Of a stretch of DNA of 64,000 nt, positions 41,595 through 52,225 are shown piece after piece. The notes below the pieces were generated by a model. It was given only the letters and a program-made list of their open reading frames with translations, searched no databases and was not told where the DNA came from. Position numbers and translations under genes: made by a program. The stretch covers positions 64,001-128,000 of the forward strand of contig CAWCLO010000001.1 of NCBI GenBank assembly GCA_963796455.1, written 5' to 3'. The first letter of the stretch is position 1. Each line of letters begins with the position of its first letter. This DNA comes from Candidatus Sulfomarinibacteraceae bacterium. GTDB taxonomy: Bacteria; Acidobacteriota; Thermoanaerobaculia; Thermoanaerobaculales; Sulfomarinibacteraceae.

Positions 41595-42077
41595 CTATTC
41601 GGGATCCGTATTCACAGGATGGCCCTGCTGCAATTCCTCGACACTGGCATCACGAATCGAGTCGATCGTCACCGCAAAATTCAGGGTTTCGCCGGCCAGC
41701 GGATGATTGCCGTCGAGCGTGGCCAGTTCGTCGCCCACCTCGGCCACCATCAGATGCTGAGCTTCGCCGTCCGGAAGCTGCGCCCGCACGACGTCGCCAA
41801 CGGTAGGCTCGAAACCGAGTCGATCCAGCGGAACCTCGACAACCCGTGATGGGTCACGCTGGCCATAGCCTTCGTCCGGTTCGATGTGAACATCGAAGGC
41901 CTCGCCAACCTTTTTGCCATGTAATGCTTTTTCGAGCCCGGAAATGATATTTCCATGGCCATGGAGGTACGGCATCGCCCCGCGTTCGGAGGTATTGTCG
42001 ATCTCGGTTCCGTCGGCCGTCGTCAGCCGGTATTCAATTTCGACCACACAACCGTTTTCTATCTGATCAGTTGCCAC
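41595..42077 (-). CDS. slyD: FKBP-type PPIase, SlyD family (no His-rich tail)
   Basis: YLHGHGNIISGLEKAL, EGYGQRD, LDGNHPLAGETLNF. Confidence 0.9.
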   Translation of the reverse strand: MATDQIENGCVVEIEYRLTTADGTEIDNTSERGAMPYLHGHGNIISGLEKALHGKKVGEAFDVHIEPDEGYGQRDPSRVVEVPLDRLGFEPTVGDVVRAQLPDGEAQHLMVAEVGDELATLDGNHPLAGETLNFAVTIDSIRDASVEELQQGHPVNTDPE

Positions 42078-43077
42078 TGGTTTCTCCCTCCGGATCGGCA
42101 GTCTCGCCGGTCGGAGCAGGTGCTTCCCGCTCGACGATGTCCGCCGCCTCGTAGAGTCCGGTGAGCAATTCGTTCATTGCCTCACCGCCACGGTTCTCGC
42201 GGATCATCTGTTCGATCGGCTCCCGGCTTTCTTCAAGGGACATCGTCGTCGCAGCGCGCTTTTCTTCGACCTTGATCACGTGGTAACCGAACTGGGTCTG
42301 GACGACCTCCGATACCTGACCGACATCGAGCGCAAAGGCCGCATCGGCAAAGGGCTTGACCATACGATCACGCGCAAAGAACCCAAGATCTCCGCCGTTT
42401 GGTGCGCTCGGGCCCTGCGACAGTTCCTTGGCGAGTTCGGCAAAATCCTCGCCGGCCAATGCGCGATCGCGAGCAACGGCGGCCGCGGCTGACGCCTTGA
42501 CCCGGTCCTCTGACGGGGCGTCAGCGGCGGCGGTCATGAGGATGTGACGCGCGTGAACCTGCTCTGGTTGCGCAAACATCGTTGGATTCTCGTTGTAGAA
42601 AGCTTCCACCTCTTCGGCAGTCACATTGATTTTGCTTTCAATCCGGCTCTCCATGTAATGCTGCACGAGAACGGATTCCGCCACGTTCGCCTTGAGGTCG
42701 TCGAGACCGACACCGAATTGGGATAGAATTCCTTCCAGGTTTTCAGCGCCGCCGGCCTGCTGGACAATCTGGTCCATGGTCTGATCGACCAACTGTTGAT
42801 CGACCACCACCTCTTGGCGGCGCGCTTCCTGAGCGATCAGACGAACCTGAACAATCTGTTGAAGAGCCGCCTGAGCGACGGACTCCTGAGTCGGAGTCTG
42901 TCCCTGCCGCGCCATTTCAGCCTGAATCTGGGGCATGATGAGTCTCATTTCCCAACTTTGAACCGGTTGCCCGTTCACCGTCAGTACGACATCCGGCGCG
43001 AGTTCCTGGCCGGCCGCCGGAATGGCCGCGACAAGGACCAGGAGAACCATTGAAAGTTTTTTCAGAAGATTGGGCAT
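42067..43077 (-). CDS. Parvulin-type (PpiC/PrsA/SurA-like) exported foldase
   Basis: Signal peptide; VHARHIL, FAELAKELS, GGDLGFF, MVKPFADAAF, TQFGYHVIKV. Confidence 0.9.
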   Translation of the reverse strand: MPNLLKKLSMVLLVLVAAIPAAGQELAPDVVLTVNGQPVQSWEMRLIMPQIQAEMARQGQTPTQESVAQAALQQIVQVRLIAQEARRQEVVVDQQLVDQTMDQIVQQAGGAENLEGILSQFGVGLDDLKANVAESVLVQHYMESRIESKINVTAEEVEAFYNENPTMFAQPEQVHARHILMTAAADAPSEDRVKASAAAAVARDRALAGEDFAELAKELSQGPSAPNGGDLGFFARDRMVKPFADAAFALDVGQVSEVVQTQFGYHVIKVEEKRAATTMSLEESREPIEQMIRENRGGEAMNELLTGLYEAADIVEREAPAPTGETADPEGETSGN

Positions 43078-43253
43078 GAATCACCTCGTGGCAGTTTTAT
43101 TACCAAAAACACAGCGGGCGGGAAGCAAGGGACGTCACGAAGACAATAACTCACGCCGTTTTCGGCGCCTTACCCTAGCACATGGCTCCCAGCAGGGAAG
43201 GTCGCTGCAGTGCAAAACAAATCGTCGAGCAGACTTGCCCGCTTGACAAGACG

Positions 43254-43714
43254 TAGTTCGCGGTTTGGTTTTTGGCATATCCGGTTGGCGGTTGGCACGT
43301 ACCCACTCCCGTTCCCGTTCCCGAATTGCAGCGGCAGCGACAGCGTCCAGGGACAGGACATCAGCGACAGCGACAGGCAACAGCGAACAGGGACAGCGTC
43401 AACGATCAGCAATCAGCGATCGGTGGCAGCTGTCAGGAGTCCAGGCGACGAAAGGGCAGCCTCCGGGTCGTTCAACAGAAGGGGAAGCCGGTGGGCGCCT
43501 TCGATCAAGGCCGTGCGATGACCTGGCCGCTCTTGAACCCGAAGATGTCGAGCGCTGTCACCCGTCGCTGTCGCTGTCGCTGATCGCTGAGGCTGATGAC
43601 TGAACGCTGACGCTGACTACTGTTCGCTGCCGCTGACAGCCTGTCGCTGTCGCTGACCCACTGTCGCTGCCGCTGTCCCTGAGCGCTGTCAGAGACACTG
43701 TAATGGACAACAGT
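43254..43714 (+). repeat. Dispersed structured element, copy 3 (REP doublet replaced by unrelated sequence)
   Basis: GGTTTTTGGCATATCCGGTT start, (CAGCGA)n arm, core CAGGAGTCCAGGCGACGAA...TTCAACAGAAGG, (TCGCTG)n arm, GGACAACAGT end. Confidence 0.8.
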
Positions 43715-43796
43715 GGGTGACGGTAGAATGTGTGCATATAAACTCAGTCGTGGGTGGTCCGAGGCAGCGGGCAACCGGTGATCTTCAGCAGAAAGG

Positions 43797-45251
43797 ATGA
43801 CGATGGGGGCTGACTGGCCAATCTGGCTGACTGCGACCGCGATCTTCAATATCGCGTTGGCCACCAGTGTCACGATTCACGCGGTCTTGTGGAAACGTGA
43901 CAGCCGCGCAGTCATCGCGTGGGTCGGCCTCGCCTGGTTGGCCCCATTTGTCGGCGCCCTCGCATATCTTGTTTTCGGAATCAACCGCATCGAACGCAAG
44001 GCCGTTTCACTCAAGCTGCAGAGCGCCGGTTCTGACGGATCGCAGATGACGCTGAGTCCAGAGGAAAAACGGATTCGACAATCCGAGATGCGGGCCTACT
44101 CGAACCTCGTCGGTCTGGCGACCGCCGGTCAGGAACTTTCCGGCCGGCCCCTCTATCCGGGCAACACGGTAACCGCCCTGAGCGACGGCGACGAAGCCTA
44201 TCCCGAGATGCTCGACGCAATTGCCAAAGCACGGCGGTCCGTGGCCCTCCTGAGCTACATCTTCGACAGCGATCGGGCCGGCGAAGCGTTCTTGAACGCA
44301 CTCGTCGAGGCCAAATCGCGAGGGATCGAGGTCCGCGTTCTGGTCGATGACGTTGGATCCAAATACAGTCGACCGAATATGGTGCGCCGCCTTAGAAAAG
44401 CGGGCGTCAATGCTGTGAGCTTTTTGCCAACTCGGCTGCCAAGGCTCCCCAAATACACCAACCTCAGGAACCACCGCAAGATCTTGGTGATCGACGGGAA
44501 AACCGGTTTTACCGGCGGCACCAACATCCGCGAAGACCACTGGATCTCCCTGCAACCGCGGTTTCCCGTTGGTTGCGTCCATTTTCGAATCGAAGGACCC
44601 GTTGTCGCCACATTGCAGCAGGTCTTCGCCGACGACTGGGCCTTTGCGGCCGGCGAAAAACTCGAAGGAGAACAATGGTTTCCGGAACTCGAACGCCGCG
44701 GTGAGGTCTGGGCACGGGGCATCGAGGACGGACCGGACGAGAATTATCAAAAAATGGCTGACCTCATCGCCGCTGCCCTTGCCAGCGCTCGCCAGCACGT
44801 GCGGATCGTGACCCCATACTTTCTCCCGGCTCAATCTCTGACCCAGGCGCTGAACGTCACGGCGATGCGAGGCGTCGACGTCGAGATATTCCTCCCGTCG
44901 AAAAGCAATATCCGCCTCGTCCAATGGGCGACCGCCGCCCAACTGTGGCAAGTGCTCGAAAAAGGCTGCCGAATCTACTCCACACCACCGCCCTTCGACC
45001 ATTCCAAACTGATGGTTGTTGACGGCGTCTGGGCCCTCATCGGCTCGGCCAACTGGGACCCGCGCAGTCTTCGCCTCAACTTCGAGTTCAATGTGGAGTG
45101 CTACGACACAGAACTCGCGAGATCGCTCAATTTGATCATTGATGACAAGGCGGCATCCGCCCGTGAGATCTCTCTCGAAGAGGTCAACGCACGGAGCTTC
45201 CCCATCCGCCTGCGAGACGGTCTGGCGCGGCTCCTGAGTCCATATCTTTGA
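43797..45251 (+). CDS. cls: Cardiolipin synthase (PLD family)
   Basis: N-terminal PLDc_N TM hairpin, two HKD motifs (NHRKILVID, DHSKLMVVD), GSANWDPRS. Confidence 0.92.
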   Translation: MTMGADWPIWLTATAIFNIALATSVTIHAVLWKRDSRAVIAWVGLAWLAPFVGALAYLVFGINRIERKAVSLKLQSAGSDGSQMTLSPEEKRIRQSEMRAYSNLVGLATAGQELSGRPLYPGNTVTALSDGDEAYPEMLDAIAKARRSVALLSYIFDSDRAGEAFLNALVEAKSRGIEVRVLVDDVGSKYSRPNMVRRLRKAGVNAVSFLPTRLPRLPKYTNLRNHRKILVIDGKTGFTGGTNIREDHWISLQPRFPVGCVHFRIEGPVVATLQQVFADDWAFAAGEKLEGEQWFPELERRGEVWARGIEDGPDENYQKMADLIAAALASARQHVRIVTPYFLPAQSLTQALNVTAMRGVDVEIFLPSKSNIRLVQWATAAQLWQVLEKGCRIYSTPPPFDHSKLMVVDGVWALIGSANWDPRSLRLNFEFNVECYDTELARSLNLIIDDKAASAREISLEEVNARSFPIRLRDGLARLLSPYL

Positions 45252-45401
45252 GTCGACAAAGATCAAAACCTCGCTGGAGGAGCGCCGTAATAACAGTCAG
45301 CGGGCATCGGCCATATCAAGCACGCAGAATGTCGACCCCGCCGATCGAGCGAGGATAGAATGACTGATGTCCAACGGTGGGAAGGCCGATCGAGATAGTC
45401 T

Positions 45402-48400
45402 ATGATCAATTGCTCCGCACCGGCGGACAGCGTCAAAAAAAAGAATCAGCAAAGATTCAACCGGCAACGCAGACGTGAAAGTCGGCGCCGCCGAGGAGGA
45501 AGCCGGAGAGTGTTCAGACGGAAAACCAATCGAATCACCCATCACCGTTTGGTGATGGCAGGGATTTCGACCATCACAGCGCTGGTGTTGCTGACGTCGG
45601 TCGCCTTCGCCGAGAACCACAACAATTCAACCGCCGTCTTAGCAGGCAGCAATGGCGGACAGCAATCTGTGGTGGAGTCGGAGTCCGGGGAAGTTGCCGG
45701 CCAGGGTTGGATTCCAGCCGAGCCTCTGCGCGGCGTCGGAGCGCGCACCGCTGCTCTGTTGCAATCAGGATCCACCGGGGGCGAGATCGACGGCGCCATG
45801 GTCTGGACCAGCGATGGACTCGAACCCGGAGGCGATCGTTTTTCATTCCGGTTTTTTGTTGATCTCAAAGGCAGTGACCTTCTCCTGAATACATCCGGCG
45901 AATCGGTTCAGATCGATGTTCACGCCTATCTGCTCACATCGTCCGGCGGTATGGTCGGCTTCAGTTCAAGCGCTTTCACCGTTGCCGACCCATCGACGCG
46001 CGAACGCATCAAGAACACCGGTCTGAGGTTTGCTGGGGCCATGAGCGCGCCGCCTGGTGATTACTCCCTGCGGGTATTGATTCAGAACCAACAGAGTCAA
46101 CGGTACTTTCTCCACCGTGGTGAGGTCCATTTCGGCGGCAACAAGGGTTCGGACCCGATTCTGCTGCCGCCGCTGGTCCCCGATCCGGCAGAGAGCTGGG
46201 TGATCGGTCTTCAGCATGGACTTGACGCCGACGAGGTTCTCAGCAAAAACCCGGCGGTGACGTCGTGGCCGTCCTCGGTGCCGATGTGGCGCCTGGGTGA
46301 TCCCCTCGAGGCGACTCTCGGATCGTCGGATTTTGGCGAAAACGCCATCCTTGCAGCGCGTTTGACAGCTCCCGACGGGAGCACGGTCGCGGAGCTGGAC
46401 ATCGAAACAGGTCTCTCTCGCTCATTGAGTTCGAATTTGACCTTCGTCCCGGTGACGATCGACGCAGTCGATGTGCCGGCGGGACAATATGACCTCGCAA
46501 TCTCGATCTCAGATTCGGATTCCAAGAAGCTTGTCTCCAACTCGATTCCGGTTTTGCTTCATGCGCAGAACGATGCAATCGTCTGGACGGATCCCGGCGC
46601 CCCGAGACGCAAGGTGCCGGCGCCGCCCTCACCACTTCCGGATCGACCGTCCGCCGTCGCGGAGACAACAGTCGACGAGGAGGAGGCCATCGAACAGGCC
46701 GACACGACGCCGGTTGGGCCCCGCTTTTTGGGCGGAAACCCGGACTCCGGGCAACCGGTCGGGGTCATCGAGGCAGTGCAGTTGCCGGGAGTCGGGGCCC
46801 GCGGTGCGGCGCTCCTGATGTCGGGTCAGAGCGGAGGCAGAGTCGAGGGTTCAGTGGTCTGGACGAGCGATGGGATCACCGGTGAGGATGGCAAAGCCTC
46901 GATCTCGGTTTTTGTTGAAGTCGACGGTCGTGGTCTGTTGAAAGATTCCCGATTTCTACCGGTACCGATCGCAGTTTATGGCTATCTCGTTCACTCCTCG
47001 GGCGCCGTGGTCGGGCACCTCTCCGAAGGCATCCTTCTGAACAGCCAATCTCAGGCCCTGGCTATCGATGCGGCAGGGCTCAGATTTGTCGGCCAGCTCG
47101 AGGCGGACCCCGGTTTGTATTCCTTCCGGATCATCATTCTCAACCGCGAGACCAACCGTTTTTTCCTTGCTCGTCGCGAGCTGGACATTCGCGGCGATGA
47201 AGAGGGCGCACCTTTGCTCCTGCCGCCGCTGGTAGCGGAAGACGCCGGCAGCTGGGTGATGAGCACCATGAAGGGACTCGATCTGGAGGCGGTCCGACAA
47301 GGGCTTCCGGAAATCGGGGGGTGGCCCGCAGCGATGCCCGTCTGGCCGGCCAACCAGGATCTGGAGATGGTGATCGGGTCCTCCCAGCTTGGAGAGAACC
47401 GCCACCTGTCGGCGCGGGTCTTCGATCGCCTCGGCCGACTGGTCGGCGACCCTGCGCTGCACATCAATACCCAATATCCGGCCGACAACGGAATCTCATT
47501 TTACCGGGCAACCGCACCTTCACCGGACATCCCGGAAGGCAGATATCGCCTGGTGATCTTTGCCACCGATGCCGATTCCGGCCAATCGGTATCGCAGTCG
47601 ATGACCGTTCTGGTTCACAACCAGGATCGGGTCTTCGCCTGGACGGACCCGGCGGCCCCCGGCAGGGAGGAAAGCCAAACGACGCTTGGCCAGCCCGCCG
47701 AACCGACCGCCGAAGAGCGGGACGAACTGGCCATGCGGTCCGCTTACCTCGAGGCGTTGAACATGTGGTCGCGAGGCCAGGCGGTTGAAGCTCGCAGGGC
47801 CCTGGCGGCTCTCGAACATCCGATGGAGGCCTCGGTGTCGGCCCGCGCCTGGCGACGGTTGATCACGGTCGAGCGTATTGCGACCCTCGAGATGGGTAAG
47901 AGCCATCCTGCCTCCCTCATGGCAATTGCGTTGCTCCACCGCGGGATGTACGACTGGTACCTGGCCCGAAACGAGCCTCAATTGGCACGACACTCCTGGC
48001 AGATCGCTTCGATGATCGCGCGCATCATCCCCGAGATCGAGGGGCTCGAGGTCTCTCTCGATTTTGGTGAGTGCATGCTGCTGGACCTCTCGAGTCGCCT
48101 CGTTCGCTCCGGAGAGAGAGAGGCAGCCCAGCAATTATTGGAGGCAACTCGGAACATGGCGCCTGACAGCGCTGCGGCATTGCTCGGACTTGGGGCGCTG
48201 CACGAGCGCTCCGGCAACACCGAAGCAGCTGTGGACGAATTCAGCGCCCTTTACGAAGAGCACCCGGATCACGACGAGGGACAGCTTCGTCTGGCCGTCA
48301 ACCGTGCCCGTCTCGGTGCCGAAGAGGCGGCGGAAGAGCTTTATCGTGATCTCCTTTCGGAAACCACACCGATGTGGATTCGGATTCTCGCCTATCAACA

Positions 48401-48707
48401 GCTGGGAAGCATGCTGATCGACGAGGGACGGGTCGGAGAGGCCTTTGCTTTGCTCGACGAGGGCGTTGCACAGATCCCCAACAATCAACGGCTGCACATC
48501 CTGTTGGCGCATGTACTCGACGCATCCCAACGGTCTCGGGACGCTGCCGCCGTGATCGAGGATCTTGGAACGAACGCACTGCAACAAAGCACTTCACCGC
48601 GATACCGATATTCAACCTGGCCTGACCTCGACGAAGGCCGGATTCGCGAGACGCTGGCCGCCGCCTCGGAAGCGAGTCTCCCATCACTGAAAGAGGCCCT
48701 GCAATGA
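45402..48707 (+). CDS. Large exported protein with two tandem ~300-aa homologous domains and C-terminal TPRs
   Basis: Signal-like segment ending VAFA (true start may be ~45555); GVGARxAALLxSG..GG...VWTSDG and WTDP motifs each occur twice; TPR-like helices. Confidence 0.8.
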   Translation: MINCSAPADSVKKKNQQRFNRQRRRESRRRRGGSRRVFRRKTNRITHHRLVMAGISTITALVLLTSVAFAENHNNSTAVLAGSNGGQQSVVESESGEVAGQGWIPAEPLRGVGARTAALLQSGSTGGEIDGAMVWTSDGLEPGGDRFSFRFFVDLKGSDLLLNTSGESVQIDVHAYLLTSSGGMVGFSSSAFTVADPSTRERIKNTGLRFAGAMSAPPGDYSLRVLIQNQQSQRYFLHRGEVHFGGNKGSDPILLPPLVPDPAESWVIGLQHGLDADEVLSKNPAVTSWPSSVPMWRLGDPLEATLGSSDFGENAILAARLTAPDGSTVAELDIETGLSRSLSSNLTFVPVTIDAVDVPAGQYDLAISISDSDSKKLVSNSIPVLLHAQNDAIVWTDPGAPRRKVPAPPSPLPDRPSAVAETTVDEEEAIEQADTTPVGPRFLGGNPDSGQPVGVIEAVQLPGVGARGAALLMSGQSGGRVEGSVVWTSDGITGEDGKASISVFVEVDGRGLLKDSRFLPVPIAVYGYLVHSSGAVVGHLSEGILLNSQSQALAIDAAGLRFVGQLEADPGLYSFRIIILNRETNRFFLARRELDIRGDEEGAPLLLPPLVAEDAGSWVMSTMKGLDLEAVRQGLPEIGGWPAAMPVWPANQDLEMVIGSSQLGENRHLSARVFDRLGRLVGDPALHINTQYPADNGISFYRATAPSPDIPEGRYRLVIFATDADSGQSVSQSMTVLVHNQDRVFAWTDPAAPGREESQTTLGQPAEPTAEERDELAMRSAYLEALNMWSRGQAVEARRALAALEHPMEASVSARAWRRLITVERIATLEMGKSHPASLMAIALLHRGMYDWYLARNEPQLARHSWQIASMIARIIPEIEGLEVSLDFGECMLLDLSSRLVRSGEREAAQQLLEATRNMAPDSAAALLGLGALHERSGNTEAAVDEFSALYEEHPDHDEGQLRLAVNRARLGAEEAAEELYRDLLSETTPMWIRILAYQQLGSMLIDEGRVGEAFALLDEGVAQIPNNQRLHILLAHVLDASQRSRDAAAVIEDLGTNALQQSTSPRYRYSTWPDLDEGRIRETLAAASEASLPSLKEALQ

Positions 48708-49912
48708 AACGGTCCGTCATTTTGTGCCGGGTCCTCCTCGCCCTGGTGATCACCGCAGCCCCGGCTGTCGTGCGAGGCGACGACGATGCCGAAATCTGGA
48801 CTCACCTCGTCTCTCCCAGCGAAGGGCAGGAGGTCATCGGAGTCACCGTGCTCGAGGCTGAGGTCGTGTCGGCCGAAAGAGTCCGCGATGTCGTGTTTTT
48901 CGTGGACGGCCGCCCGGTGGGCATGCTGAGTTCCGCTCCCTATAGGTTGCGAATCGACCTCGGCGAAAAAAACAGAGCCCGTGTCATCGAGGTCGTTGCG
49001 ACCGATGCGCTTGGTCGCCAGGCACGGCAGAAGGTCACCACCGCTCCGGTAGCGATCGCGGGCGTGTACGAAGTTGATCTCCAGCAACTCTATGTGACCG
49101 CCACGGAAAACGGTTCACGGGTCACCGACCTGCAACGGGAAGACTTTACGATTCTCGACGAAGGCCGCGCGGAGGAACTCGTGACCTTCGAGGGCGGCGA
49201 TGTGCCCTTCACCGCAGTGTTGATGATCGATGCCAGCGCCAGCATGTACGGCTCCAAGATCGAAGCGGCCCGGGCCGGGGCGACGGCCTTTATCGAGGGC
49301 ATGCACGACCTCGACTACGGCAAGGTGACCGTGTTTTCGGATGTCATCCAAAACAACACGCCCTTCTCCGACATCCCGGAGGTCTTGACGGCCGGTCTGA
49401 TCGGCGCGACCGGGACCGGGGGTACCGCGGTCAGCGACCATCTCTACTCTGCGTTCAAGCTTCTCGAGAACCGTCAGGGGCGGCGCCTCGTGGTGCTGCT
49501 CAGCGACGGCGTCGACACCCACAGTGTGATCAGAGGTGAAGAGGTGCTGGAGCACGCCCGACGGAGCCAGGCCATGGTGTATTGGATCCGACTGTTGGAC
49601 CCCGGCAAGAGCGCCGACGACGAGGACAAAAAGGAAATGGCTTCCGCCTGGCGGGTGCCATCCGAATATCGCGAGCAGATCCAGGCCTTGAACGAACTCG
49701 TCAAGCTGAGTGGAGGCAGGATCATTCCGGCTCGAACACCGAGCGAAATCGAGAAAGTCTTCACCGAGATCCTGAGTGAGCTCCGGGATCAATATGCTCT
49801 CGGCTACTACCCGACCGAGCAGCGCAAGGACGGCAGCTGGCGCAGCATTCGGGTCAAGGTCTCCCGCCGGGGGGTCAAGGTCAGAACCCACGAGGGCTAT
49901 CTCGATTTCTAG
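48704..49912 (+). CDS. Ig-like plus VWA domain protein (acidobacterial VWFA-type)
   Basis: Signal peptide, VFFVDG Ig-like domain, MIDAS DASAS, LLSDGVD, ELRDQYALGYYP, KVRTHEGY. Confidence 0.88.
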   Translation: MKRSVILCRVLLALVITAAPAVVRGDDDAEIWTHLVSPSEGQEVIGVTVLEAEVVSAERVRDVVFFVDGRPVGMLSSAPYRLRIDLGEKNRARVIEVVATDALGRQARQKVTTAPVAIAGVYEVDLQQLYVTATENGSRVTDLQREDFTILDEGRAEELVTFEGGDVPFTAVLMIDASASMYGSKIEAARAGATAFIEGMHDLDYGKVTVFSDVIQNNTPFSDIPEVLTAGLIGATGTGGTAVSDHLYSAFKLLENRQGRRLVVLLSDGVDTHSVIRGEEVLEHARRSQAMVYWIRLLDPGKSADDEDKKEMASAWRVPSEYREQIQALNELVKLSGGRIIPARTPSEIEKVFTEILSELRDQYALGYYPTEQRKDGSWRSIRVKVSRRGVKVRTHEGYLDF

Positions 49913-49999
49913 ATCAAACCCTACGGAGCAAATCGAGACCGGGACCTGCTAACCTTTCCCCACCGCGGTTCGTTCTGAACCACGACAGGGGGAAAATAC

Positions 50000-52222
50000 A
50001 TGAGCAAGAAACTGATCACGGCGGGAGCATGGACAGCCTTCCTGCTTCTTTTTTCGGTAACCGCTGCGGCCCAGGTCGAGCTGCCGGATCCGGTATATCA
50101 GGTCAGCATGAGCGCCAGCTACGAGCCGGAAGAGCACCACCTCGACGGAAAAAAACGAATCCGTTGGCGCAACACCTCCTCGGTGCCCATCAATGAACTC
50201 CAGTTCCATCTTTATCTCAACGCCTTTGCCAACGACCGCAGCACATTCATGGTCGGTTCCGGCGGGCAGCTTCGCGGCGTCCAGATCCCCAAAGAGGGTT
50301 GGGGCTGGATCGAGGTGGAGTCCATGCGCCTCGCCTACGGCACCGATCTCGTGGCGGCGGGCATCGTGGCCGAGGAAGAGGGCGCCGAACCATTCAGCAG
50401 ACCTTTTTCAACCGGTGTGCCGGGTGAGCCGCAACCGATCGATCTCGACGACCGGCCCGATCTCAAGCTGGTGGAGGAGTTCATCCAGCCCGACGACGGC
50501 AACAAGGAAGATCGAACCGTCGCCCGCTATCCCCTGCCCAAACCGGTGCAACCCGGCGAGTGGGTCGAGCTCGACATCGAATTCGCGGCCAAAATGCCTC
50601 GGATCTTCGCCCGCACCGGCAGGCATGGGGATTTCGTCCTCGGCGGTCAGTGGTTTCCAAAGATCGGTGTCTTCGAGGATGCCGGCGATCGCGGCCGGGC
50701 CGAAGCGGGTTGGAATGTCCACCAGTTCCACGCCAACAGTGAGTTCTTCGCCGATTTCGGCGATTGGGATGTGCGGCTGAGCCTGCCCGCCAACTACGAG
50801 GGCAAGATCGGCGCCACCGGCCGCCTGATCGAAGAAACAGTCGAGGGCGACACCGTCACAGCCCACTTCGCACAACCGGGGGTGCACGATTTCGCCTGGA
50901 CGGCGAGCCCCGATTTCATCGTGCTGACGGATCACTTCGACCCCGACACCGATGTCCCACCCGAGCAGACGGCACGCTGGGCCGAGATTCTGGGCGTTCC
51001 CGAGAGCGAACTGAAACTGCAGCCGGTGGACCTCACTCTTTTCCTGCAACCGGCCCACCGAGCCCAGGCGGATCGTTATTTCGAAGCCGTCAAGGTGGCG
51101 ATCTGGGGCTATGGGCTGCCTCTGGGCGCCTATCCCTGGTCCACGATGACGATGGTCGACCCTCCACGCGGCGGCATGGGCGCGGGCGGTATGGAGTACC
51201 CGACCTTCATCACCCTCGGCACCCACCCCATCCTCAACCTGCCGGGCTTTGACAAGGTCCTTGCGGCCGAGTCGGTGACCGTGCACGAGTTCGGCCACAA
51301 CTTCTTCCAGGGGATGATCGCCTCCAACGAGTTCGAGGAGTCGTGGATGGACGAAGGCATCAATTCCTTTTACGAGATGAAGGCGATGGATGAGTACTAC
51401 AAATACATGATCCAGTTCTTCGGTGCCCGGGCTTCCTCCGTCGATCTCGACCGGATGCAGTTGCGGAACGGGCACTACAGCGACTCGATCGTGACCCCTT
51501 CGTGGGCCTTCCGCACCGGCGGCAGTTATGGTCTCAACAGCTACGCGCGTCCGGCAGTGACCCTGCAACATCTCGAAAACATCATGGGCGAGGAGAGCTT
51601 CTCCCGCGCCATGCGCCGCTTTTTCCAGACCTGGCGCTTCCGACACCCCTCCACCGAGGACTTCAAACAGATCATTCTCGAGGAGGCGGACACCGACATG
51701 CGGTGGTTCCTCGAACAGGCCTTTCACACCGACCGGACCCTCGATTACCGGATCCAGTCCGCCCGAAGCAGAAAACAAAAGGACCCGCGCGGTTGGTTCT
51801 GGGAAGAAGACGGCCAGAAGACCCTCCTCGGTGTCGCCGACCGCCACGAACTCGAATCGGAGGATGAAGCCGAGGACGACGAAGGCGACTCCGATGAAGG
51901 GGACACCCTCTACCGGACCGAGGTCTTTGTCGAACGCCGCGGTGAGTTCGTCCACCCGGTGACCATCGAACTGATCTTCGAAGACGGCGAATCGCTCCGC
52001 TACGAATGGGACGGCCGCCACCGTTGGAAGAAGTACGTGGAGATCCGAGCGTCAAAGCTGTGCACGGCCATTGTTGATCCCGACAATCTGATGACTCTCG
52101 ATGTCGATCCGCTCAACAACTCCTACCGCCTCAACAGAAACAAAAAACCCGCGGTCAAGATGCTCTCGCACCTCGTGTTCTGGCTGCAAAACATCTTCCA
52201 AATGACCGCGATGGTGGGGTGA
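50000..52222 (+). CDS. M1-family metalloaminopeptidase, exported
   Basis: GGMEYP exopeptidase motif, HEFGH followed by WMDEG; signal peptide. Confidence 0.92.
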   Translation: MSKKLITAGAWTAFLLLFSVTAAAQVELPDPVYQVSMSASYEPEEHHLDGKKRIRWRNTSSVPINELQFHLYLNAFANDRSTFMVGSGGQLRGVQIPKEGWGWIEVESMRLAYGTDLVAAGIVAEEEGAEPFSRPFSTGVPGEPQPIDLDDRPDLKLVEEFIQPDDGNKEDRTVARYPLPKPVQPGEWVELDIEFAAKMPRIFARTGRHGDFVLGGQWFPKIGVFEDAGDRGRAEAGWNVHQFHANSEFFADFGDWDVRLSLPANYEGKIGATGRLIEETVEGDTVTAHFAQPGVHDFAWTASPDFIVLTDHFDPDTDVPPEQTARWAEILGVPESELKLQPVDLTLFLQPAHRAQADRYFEAVKVAIWGYGLPLGAYPWSTMTMVDPPRGGMGAGGMEYPTFITLGTHPILNLPGFDKVLAAESVTVHEFGHNFFQGMIASNEFEESWMDEGINSFYEMKAMDEYYKYMIQFFGARASSVDLDRMQLRNGHYSDSIVTPSWAFRTGGSYGLNSYARPAVTLQHLENIMGEESFSRAMRRFFQTWRFRHPSTEDFKQIILEEADTDMRWFLEQAFHTDRTLDYRIQSARSRKQKDPRGWFWEEDGQKTLLGVADRHELESEDEAEDDEGDSDEGDTLYRTEVFVERRGEFVHPVTIELIFEDGESLRYEWDGRHRWKKYVEIRASKLCTAIVDPDNLMTLDVDPLNNSYRLNRNKKPAVKMLSHLVFWLQNIFQMTAMVG

Positions 52223-52225
52223 GCG

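Noticed and set aside
43430..43610. Hammerhead or HDV-like ribozyme in the three-copy element (CTGATGA and GACGAAA present)
   Set aside because: No stem II joins CUGAUGA to GAAA, the motifs are not conserved in all copies, and an HDV nested pseudoknot could not be built by eye.
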